Virus record (IMG/VR): IMGVR_UViG_3300042402_002641
Location: 186,001-250,000 of that record
DNA length: 64,000 bases
Direction: 5' to 3' (one strand)
Shown: positions 58,184 to 64,000 of the stretch, in pieces
How positions within the stretch are numbered: the first letter of the stretch is position 1
How the letters are laid out: the number at the start of each line of letters is the position of its first letter
Made by a program: the position numbers and the translations under genes
The notes under the pieces: model-generated
The model's database searches: none
What the model saw: only the letters and a program-made list of their open reading frames with translations
Told to the model about the DNA's origin: nothing

Positions 58184-58811
58184 CTACTGTATCTTTTGCC
58201 TTTGTGGTTTTCTTCACTGTGGGATCTAGTTCTTCAGCTTCTTTACGCAATCTTGCTGCTTCTTTGTACATGGCGTCTGCTTGACTGCGATAGCTCTTAG
58301 CGATATCCTTGTCTGTGAGTACAGCATCGGTAGCAGCCTGCGCCCTAACTGGTGCAGGAACATCTGTGTCTATCGCAGGCGCTAGATCTTTAACTTCCGC
58401 CTTGACTTTAGGAGCACCTTTGACAAATGTGTAAAGATCGTCCACTGCGCAGTTTTTCTGTTCTGCAATCAGCGTGTTTAGACTACTTAACAGCACAGTA
58501 TCATTGGTGGTAGGAGTCATAGTTACAGCATCGGTGGCCACTTTCTGCAATCTACCATCAGCCTGCATGGCCTGTAACATGGGCCTGCCGTCTGGGAATG
58601 TGCGGATAAACATCATTTCGCCTAGTTCATAGGCTTCCTGACATTGATCAGTTTCAACCATGGTCATGATTGAATCGTGATAGGAATCGCTTAATTGTGT
58701 TACTGGTAATACCAGCGCCATGTTTGATTCGCCTGGCAGAGTTCTAAACACCACAAGAACCTTAACTCCTGTGTTGTTGATCCTGCCGATGTGTTTTAGT
58801 GGTCGTGCCAT
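58176..58811 (-). CDS. Hypothetical phage protein with C-terminal coiled coil
   Basis: 211-aa ORF with AGGAGG RBS. Confidence 0.65.
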   Translation of the reverse strand: MARPLKHIGRINNTGVKVLVVFRTLPGESNMALVLPVTQLSDSYHDSIMTMVETDQCQEAYELGEMMFIRTFPDGRPMLQAMQADGRLQKVATDAVTMTPTTNDTVLLSSLNTLIAEQKNCAVDDLYTFVKGAPKVKAEVKDLAPAIDTDVPAPVRAQAATDAVLTDKDIAKSYRSQADAMYKEAARLRKEAEELDPTVKKTTKAKDTVDA

Positions 58812-58812
58812 T

Positions 58813-59040
58813 TTAGGCCTCCTTTTTAGCCACAGCTTCTAAGAAGGTGTTTAGCTTGTTGAAAGCTTTGCCCACGGCTTCTAGTTCTGCTGCTTTGAAC
58901 GCTCCTCGTTGTGTAGCAACTTCGATGATGCTTCTCAGCGCAGCAAGATCGCTGACATTGAGATCTGGACCCTGTGCAGGGGCCGTTTCTGGTACTTGTG
59001 CCACAGCTTCGGGTGCTTGGTCTTTGACTTCTTCTGACAT
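58813..59040 (-). CDS. Hypothetical small helical protein
   Basis: 75-aa ORF with AGGAG RBS (DL..L..II.VA..RGAFKA.E...VG). Confidence 0.65.
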   Translation of the reverse strand: MSEEVKDQAPEAVAQVPETAPAQGPDLNVSDLAALRSIIEVATQRGAFKAAELEAVGKAFNKLNTFLEAVAKKEA

Positions 59041-59309
59041 TAGGTTCTCCTTAAATGGTTACATGCAAGCATGAAATACGTTAATTCTTTTTGATCTTCA
59101 AATCCTAGATAATGAGTAGAACGCAGATTTCCAGATTTATCAATACCTGGTTGTTTGGCCAAGCAGTAGCGGCCTTTCAATTTGGTCTTGACCCATTCTT
59201 CTACGCCTTCAAAAATTTCGTTATCTGAGATAGCAATTTTGCTGAAGTGGGGAGGAATGGTCTTAAGCCTGCGCTGTTTTAGTACATCAATAGGATTTAA
59301 ATCAAACAT
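59040..59309 (-). CDS. Hypothetical protein
   Basis: 89-aa ORF ending GFED.KE..YF.L; TATAAATA just upstream. Confidence 0.6.
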   Translation of the reverse strand: MFDLNPIDVLKQRRLKTIPPHFSKIAISDNEIFEGVEEWVKTKLKGRYCLAKQPGIDKSGNLRSTHYLGFEDQKELTYFMLACNHLRRT

Positions 59310-59317
59310 CGTGAAAA

Positions 59318-59325
59318 TATTTATA
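59318..59325 (-). promoter_or_regulatory. Late promoter TATAAATA (near-leaderless transcript)
   Basis: Exact consensus ending 8 nt before ATG 59309. Confidence 0.65.
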
Positions 59326-59327
59326 AG

Positions 59328-59735
59328 TCAATTAGATTCGAGGGTGGATTCTTGGCTTAGTCTTTTAGACATAGCCTTGGTGTGACCCAGCTTGGCAACA
59401 TCACCAGAAAAAAGGTACAGTTCAAAAGCGGATTTTTCTTTCATAACTATGATATGTTTTTTATTGATGTAAAAAGGAGAATCAATAAAATGATCTAACC
59501 AAACTAAAACCTGCGGAGTGAACGCAAATTCTTTTGGAAAATCTATTTTATAAGTTTTGATTTTAGCATATTCTTCAATGAACTGCAAGGCCTGTTCTGT
59601 CAATCTAAGCCCACCTTGAGACTTTTCTCTGAAACTCCACCACCATACAGATCTATACTGTTTTACTGTGTCAGCATCTATAGGTAGTCCTGCTACCTGC
59701 AAGAACACCCTAGTATAGGCATCCTTAGAGTCCAT
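59328..59735 (-). CDS. Hypothetical protein (WW...R...GLRLT motif)
   Basis: Likely start ATG 59735 with GAGG RBS (track start 59777). Confidence 0.6.
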   Translation of the reverse strand: MDSKDAYTRVFLQVAGLPIDADTVKQYRSVWWWSFREKSQGGLRLTEQALQFIEEYAKIKTYKIDFPKEFAFTPQVLVWLDHFIDSPFYINKKHIIVMKEKSAFELYLFSGDVAKLGHTKAMSKRLSQESTLESN

Positions 59736-59736
59736 G

Positions 59737-60021
59737 TTATGCAACCTCTTCGCCGGCAGTGAGTTTAACCACAGCAAAGTCTGTGGTTTTAAAAAGTTTG
59801 TTTAATTTTTTAGCCAGATTGTGTGCATGGCCAGGATTTGAGAATGATACTTTCTTATATTTAGGACCAGGATAGCTGGCTACTAGGCTACCACTCTTTA
59901 GATTAAACGGTTGGTGTCGATAGAAAACAGCCCAAATGGCTTCCGAGTCCAGTATCTGCTCGACTTTGAAAGTTTCTTTGTTGGCATATTCTAAAAGTAT
60001 CTTTGGTTTTGGTCTCGACAT
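59737..60021 (-). CDS. Hypothetical basic protein
   Basis: 94-aa ORF (MSRPKP...PGPKYKK.SF.NPGHA). Confidence 0.65.
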   Translation of the reverse strand: MSRPKPKILLEYANKETFKVEQILDSEAIWAVFYRHQPFNLKSGSLVASYPGPKYKKVSFSNPGHAHNLAKKLNKLFKTTDFAVVKLTAGEEVA

Positions 60022-60051
60022 TTTATACGGGTTCCTAATTAACCACGTATA

Positions 60052-60059
60052 TATTTATC
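60052..60059 (-). promoter_or_regulatory. Late promoter GATAAATA
   Basis: Minus-strand motif in the 41-nt gap, about 30 nt upstream of ATG 60021. Confidence 0.6.
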
Positions 60060-60062
60060 TTT

Positions 60063-60311
60063 TTAGAATGAGCCGCCGTCGAACTTAACGTCTATACTTT
60101 GACTGGATTCTTTGATCTGAGCCAGCATTGCATGTATCTGCTGCACAGTGCTACCGAGTTTTGCGGAAAAAATAGCCAGCTCGGCGGTGAGATCTCTGGC
60201 TTCCTGTATAGTGATCCTTATTTCTTTCTGCTGACTTTTTTCTGCCATTGTTATTCGTTGAAGTAGTTTCTCAACTGTAGGCAACACAGCAGGCATGTTA
60301 TTTTGAGACAT
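60063..60311 (-). CDS. Hypothetical protein
   Basis: 82-aa ORF ending DGGSF, overlapping the upstream gene. Confidence 0.6.
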   Translation of the reverse strand: MSQNNMPAVLPTVEKLLQRITMAEKSQQKEIRITIQEARDLTAELAIFSAKLGSTVQQIHAMLAQIKESSQSIDVKFDGGSF

Positions 60312-60774
60312 TAGCTAACACCTGTTTCATTTCCATTTCTGTTTTAAACGGACCACGGTAGGGATATCTTTCTAAGGTGATCTTTTTAGGACAGAAACTC
60401 TTGACCCAACCTTTTTCAAATTTAATAGTGTAGTAACCTGCACAATACAAACTTTTTGAATCTAGACTTTTGGTAAACAGTGGAAGTTTTTTGCGTATGT
60501 CGAACATGGCATTGTGAGGTGCTGTGCTGGTTGGATAACCGTGAACCTCATTAGGTAAGGCGTTTTCACTTTCTTTTACAATCTTAACAGTAAAGAATTT
60601 TTTACCGAATGTTCTGGTAACGTGTTCTTTGGTTTCGTAGATTTTTATTCCATCTTGATTACTCATTACAAATCTATTGTCTTCGTTTTTTCTTAGAGTA
60701 GCAATCTTCTCGCCATTCTCTTCAACGATCCAAAACTTGTTATCTATTATAGGTTTGGCGTGTAAATCAGTCAT
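60298..60774 (-). CDS. Hypothetical protein
   Basis: Likely start ATG 60774 with GGAG RBS; LFTK...SKS..CAGYY, FCPK, Y.GPF. Confidence 0.6.
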   Translation of the reverse strand: MTDLHAKPIIDNKFWIVEENGEKIATLRKNEDNRFVMSNQDGIKIYETKEHVTRTFGKKFFTVKIVKESENALPNEVHGYPTSTAPHNAMFDIRKKLPLFTKSLDSKSLYCAGYYTIKFEKGWVKSFCPKKITLERYPYRGPFKTEMEMKQVLANVSK

Positions 60775-61768
60775 TTCGTTCTCCAATTAGATACCTCGCA
60801 TTCAATGGCTCCGAATAACTTGCAGCTTGATCAGATATCTTCTTGAGATCATACAGTCCGCAGAATTTCATTAATCTAAGACCAACCTGACTGATATTTT
60901 TATCTGCACTGGTAGCCTTGGCAATGGTCTCTGAAATTATGGCCTTGATGTCATCGGGCTGATGACTGAGGTCAATCAATCTACGATTGCGTTCATAATC
61001 TTCTAGGACTCTGTGTTCTTTGCCTTCGTGATCAGTCCATCTCTGTAGCATGAGATTGTTCCACGCATATCCTTTGCTGCCACGATCTTCGAACGCTTCA
61101 CTGAGACCCACTTTTTTGCTTGTGCCTTTAGTACGCACACCTGGATACGCTGAGAAGACATTATCACTGGTATCACCACGCATACATTTTTCGAATAAGA
61201 GCCATTCTGGATTCGGTGCTGGCTTGGGCTCTTGTGTTTTCTTGTCAATGATTCTTTTGCCTTTGTCATCGAAGATTCCTTCATGTGTGATTACATGTTC
61301 CATAACGCCGTTGTACTGTGTGACATTGGGTGCGATCAATTGTACAAAATCTGTGTCAGTACTGATAATCACATGTTTATCATTTGGATGACTCTGTATC
61401 CAGCCTGCGATTAAATCATCTGCTTCTAGCTGTGGGTTCTGCATAACCGTGCAGTTTGTTTTGTCTGTGATAAACTCTTTGAACGTGTCAAAGGCTTCCC
61501 AAAACACACGATCTTCTTCTGCTTCTTTTTCTGTGTGAGCTGCACGAGCATCTGAACGATTACGCTTGTAGGGTGCATAATAATCTTTGCGCCATGATCT
61601 ACCTTCTAAACAGAAAATGACATGACTGCCGTTGAACTGCTGCCATGCTTTGCGAATTGAATTAAGGGTGATATGAAAGGCCATGCCTAGTTTGATATCA
61701 GCATCACCGTTGATCACGTGACGAGCACGGAAAAATGTATTTGCTGTATCAACTAAAATATAGGTCAT
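60767..61768 (-). CDS. rnh: T4 RNase H-like 5'-3' exonuclease (FEN/PIN fold)
   Basis: ILVD..N, SWRK..Y..YK.NR, EADD.I, STD.DF.QL, GD.SDNV...PGV, N..LIDL. Confidence 0.9.
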   Translation of the reverse strand: MTYILVDTANTFFRARHVINGDADIKLGMAFHITLNSIRKAWQQFNGSHVIFCLEGRSWRKDYYAPYKRNRSDARAAHTEKEAEEDRVFWEAFDTFKEFITDKTNCTVMQNPQLEADDLIAGWIQSHPNDKHVIISTDTDFVQLIAPNVTQYNGVMEHVITHEGIFDDKGKRIIDKKTQEPKPAPNPEWLLFEKCMRGDTSDNVFSAYPGVRTKGTSKKVGLSEAFEDRGSKGYAWNNLMLQRWTDHEGKEHRVLEDYERNRRLIDLSHQPDDIKAIISETIAKATSADKNISQVGLRLMKFCGLYDLKKISDQAASYSEPLNARYLIGERND

Positions 61769-62202
61769 TGATTTGTCTTCTTCACTGTTTTAATGTCTAT
61801 AACACCTGTGTTTACAGGGCCGCCAAAATCACCATCTACCACAACATTTGCACAAAGTTCACGGAACCAACGATCTACAATTTCTTCTTCTTTGTCACCA
61901 TCTTCACCGTATCCCTCTTGCTTTAATTGTAGCACAAATTGGTCATTCCAGTCAAGCTCAAAAAAGCCATTTCGTATGTTATCTTTATTGACATGGGTGT
62001 TTATCACACCAACCCATGCTTCTTTGCGTCTAGTAGCACGTTCTTTCGGCGAGAGTTTAGCAGTTTCTTCTGCTTGTTCGGCAGTTTTAGATGCAGCCTC
62101 AGCCGCAGCCAACCTGTTGTTGGCTTCTGCCAAATCCAGTTCAGCTTTTTGGATAGAAGCTTCTAGTTTATCCAGCCCAAATAGTTTTTTAATTATTTTC
62201 AT
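61765..62202 (-). CDS. Hypothetical protein (FELDWN..F motif)
   Basis: Likely start ATG 62202 in TAATG overlap with the queE-like stop. Confidence 0.6.
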   Translation of the reverse strand: MKIIKKLFGLDKLEASIQKAELDLAEANNRLAAAEAASKTAEQAEETAKLSPKERATRRKEAWVGVINTHVNKDNIRNGFFELDWNDQFVLQLKQEGYGEDGDKEEEIVDRWFRELCANVVVDGDFGGPVNTGVIDIKTVKKTNQ

Positions 62203-63056
62203 TAAGTACCCCATTCATTCTTAAACAGTGGCACCTGTAATCTGTCTGAATATCTCAGTCCATGTTTCATTGCCAGTTCTGCTACTCTGCGGTTATTCAG
62301 TGTGTATACACTTTCAACTCCGCCCACAGGCATGAGATAAACATTACCGGTGAAACCTTCTGCACGATAGATATCCACAGCTTCTAGAGCTTCTTCTGCA
62401 TCATCCTCAGTGGCCACTACTAGTTTGAGATATACATGACCAGCTTCTTGATATTCACAGACTATGTCTGGGCGTATGGCTTCACTGGGTTGTTCTCCTG
62501 AACAACTGAGTTTGGCACTGACTGAGAATGTGATTTCTCTACTGGCAAAAGGAGGGTTCTGTGACCATTCTTGCAGATATTTTTTAAACTCCGGAGTTAG
62601 ATTTTGAGTGCCGTTGGTCTCAAAAGTAATTTCTTTAAGACCTGTCATACTCGGATGATTCAACAGATCCGGATAAGCACGTTGCCAACCTAACAACGGT
62701 TCGCCACCAGTGATTACAAGATGTTCATCTTCCCATTTATTATATGGCAAGATCTCACATATTCTTTCTGCGATGGCGTCTGATGTAAGCATTGGTGAAA
62801 GGTCTTTAAAACGTGGATCCCAACTAGCATAACTGTCGCAGCCAGTAGAAACCAATGGTAATTCTTCGTAAGTTTTAAAAGAATGTATCTGAGCCGCAAT
62901 CGTTTCAACCTCATTGCTAGATTCACCTTTGGGCATACCAAACCCTGCACATTTGAAATTACAGCCAAATGTACGAAGGAATACACTGGGCACACCCATA
63001 TATCTGCCTTCACCTTGTATGCTGTAAAAAAGTTCTGCTATTTTTAATTTACTCAT
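62202..63056 (-). CDS. queE: QueE-like radical SAM (7-carboxy-7-deazaguanine synthase family)
   Basis: E.FYSIQGEG...G.PSVFLR..GCN..C, CDS, VITGGEPL, ETNGT, S.KL, YLMP.G, S.RL...L; third cluster Cys displaced. Confidence 0.75.
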   Translation of the reverse strand: MSKLKIAELFYSIQGEGRYMGVPSVFLRTFGCNFKCAGFGMPKGESSNEVETIAAQIHSFKTYEELPLVSTGCDSYASWDPRFKDLSPMLTSDAIAERICEILPYNKWEDEHLVITGGEPLLGWQRAYPDLLNHPSMTGLKEITFETNGTQNLTPEFKKYLQEWSQNPPFASREITFSVSAKLSCSGEQPSEAIRPDIVCEYQEAGHVYLKLVVATEDDAEEALEAVDIYRAEGFTGNVYLMPVGGVESVYTLNNRRVAELAMKHGLRYSDRLQVPLFKNEWGT

Positions 63057-63234
63057 CGTTTATTATACCACTTTTTATAAATGTTGTCAAGTCTTCCTTG
63101 ACCAATTGCCAAGATCCATCGTGTCGATCAATCCAATGTAGGCAATCACCTTCTCGCCATCCTGCAGCATCTAAAAGATCCTGCGGCAACGATATTATAC
63201 CGCCTTCTTCCACTGTTAGTGTCCATGTTTGCAT
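63049..63234 (-). CDS. AbrB/MazE/SpoVT-like small DNA-binding protein
   Basis: G.ISLP.DLL...GWREGD.L.W....G...L.K swapped-hairpin pattern. Confidence 0.65.
   Translation of the reverse strand: MQTWTLTVEEGGIISLPQDLLDAAGWREGDCLHWIDRHDGSWQLVKEDLTTFIKSGIINDE
63062..63090 (-). promoter_or_regulatory. Perfect sigma70 promoter TTGACA-N17-TATAAT with extended TG, probably leaderless queE mRNA
   Basis: -35 at 63090-63085, -10 at 63067-63062, 5 nt to ATG 63056; embedded in the upstream gene. Confidence 0.85.
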
Positions 63235-63235
63235 T

Positions 63236-63442
63236 TTATATATACCTATCTTTGGATTCTGTTTCTTGATTCAATCTACGCCATTCTTCTATTCTTAGTC
63301 TAGCACATTCTTGTTTGACTTCTATGGGATAGTCTGGATGCCAATGCGCATCTCTGCAGTCGTAGACTCTGCCTTCGGGTCGATATCGCACCAGCACTAC
63401 AATCAACACAATCATGATACAGATATAGACAAAATGTTTCAT
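63236..63442 (-). CDS. Small membrane-anchored protein
   Basis: N-terminal hydrophobic helix; YDC.....HPD.P..VK.EC. Confidence 0.55.
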   Translation of the reverse strand: MKHFVYICIMIVLIVVLVRYRPEGRVYDCRDAHWHPDYPIEVKQECARLRIEEWRRLNQETESKDRYI

Positions 63443-63633
63443 ATTTTATCGCTGATCATTATTTTACACATCAATGCATCTCGATCATCAGTGAAATCAA
63501 AATGCATGTGATCCGCAGTGATCTCAGTGACATACTTATCCCCTGGCAGACCGAAATGCTCTAAAATATTCGCACAGGTTTCATTCCACCATGTGTTGGA
63601 TTGATTTTTCCAAGGCACAGTGATCCTAGTCAT
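63439..63633 (-). CDS. Hypothetical protein
   Basis: 64-aa ORF (WNE.CA...E.FGLPG..Y), ATGA-coupled on both sides. Confidence 0.6.
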   Translation of the reverse strand: MTRITVPWKNQSNTWWNETCANILEHFGLPGDKYVTEITADHMHFDFTDDRDALMCKIMISDKI

Positions 63634-64000
63634 TTGCGATAGTTGCCCTTTTCCGGTATCACATGTCGCACACCGCCTGTAGGATCTGGCATGTCGCCCT
63701 TGCGTCTAGGGATCAAATGCACATGTGGCCAGCTACAGGTCTGTCCAGCGGCTTCACCTACATTCATTCCAAGATTAAACCCATCCCATTCGTGATCGAG
63801 TAGTTTTCTTTCTCCGTGTCTGATAGCACTGGCCACAGCATCATTCATCACAGCAATGGTATTATATTTAGGCACGAATAATAAATGTCCTTCAGTCACG
63901 GGATACATATCACGAAATATTTTAACATGATAATCTTCGTCGACAAGTTCAGTCCAAGGAGCACCTTTTGAATCTTCGATACAGTCAGTTTCCCAAGGTA
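63630..64000 (-). CDS. HIT-family nucleotide hydrolase (5' end beyond window)
   Basis: D.YPV..GH.L.VPK, GFN.G.N.GEAAGQT..WPHVHLIPRR.GD; frame stays open from 63908 to the window edge. Confidence 0.85.
   Translation of the reverse strand, partial: PWETDCIEDSKGAPWTELVDEDYHVKIFRDMYPVTEGHLLFVPKYNTIAVMNDAVASAIRHGERKLLDHEWDGFNLGMNVGEAAGQTCSWPHVHLIPRRKGDMPDPTGGVRHVIPEKGNYRK

Noticed and set aside
1-64000. Stop-codon reassignment as seen in some jumbo phages
   Set aside because: Genes are full length in the standard code and TAA, TGA and TAG all end genes at tight junctions.

Overview
Fragment of a large T4-superfamily (jumbo-type) myophage genome in the standard genetic code, almost fully coding. 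From left to right: (1) the 5' part of a tape-measure-like gene running off the left edge (not in the ORF track), divergent from a gp26-like/gp51-like hub-chaperone pair that appears joined by a programmed -1 frameshift (slippery heptamer plus a perfect H-type pseudoknot); (2) three related 'MRI..E' putative internal head proteins; (3) a ~450-nt ORF-free, highly base-paired element directly behind a stand-alone GIY-YIG nuclease gene; (4) gp46/gp47 recombination nuclease and the gp55 late sigma factor; (5) a contractile-tail baseplate module (tube cap/initiator, gp53-like, hub, gp5 spike, gp25, gp6, a ~4,600-aa giant wedge protein) followed by four paralogous fibres; (6) a ~13-kb tightly coupled cassette of glycosyltransferase-like, four radical SAM and two SGNH-like genes behind a late-promoter motif; (7) a convergent block of small unknown genes plus RNase H, a QueE-like enzyme, an AbrB-like protein and a truncated HIT protein. 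Best candidates for undescribed biology are the structured RNA/GIY-YIG pair (5730-6622), the pseudoknot-stimulated frameshift (2712-2793) and the late glycosyltransferase/radical SAM cassette (44925-57788). All protein calls come from motif recognition by eye; no searches were run.
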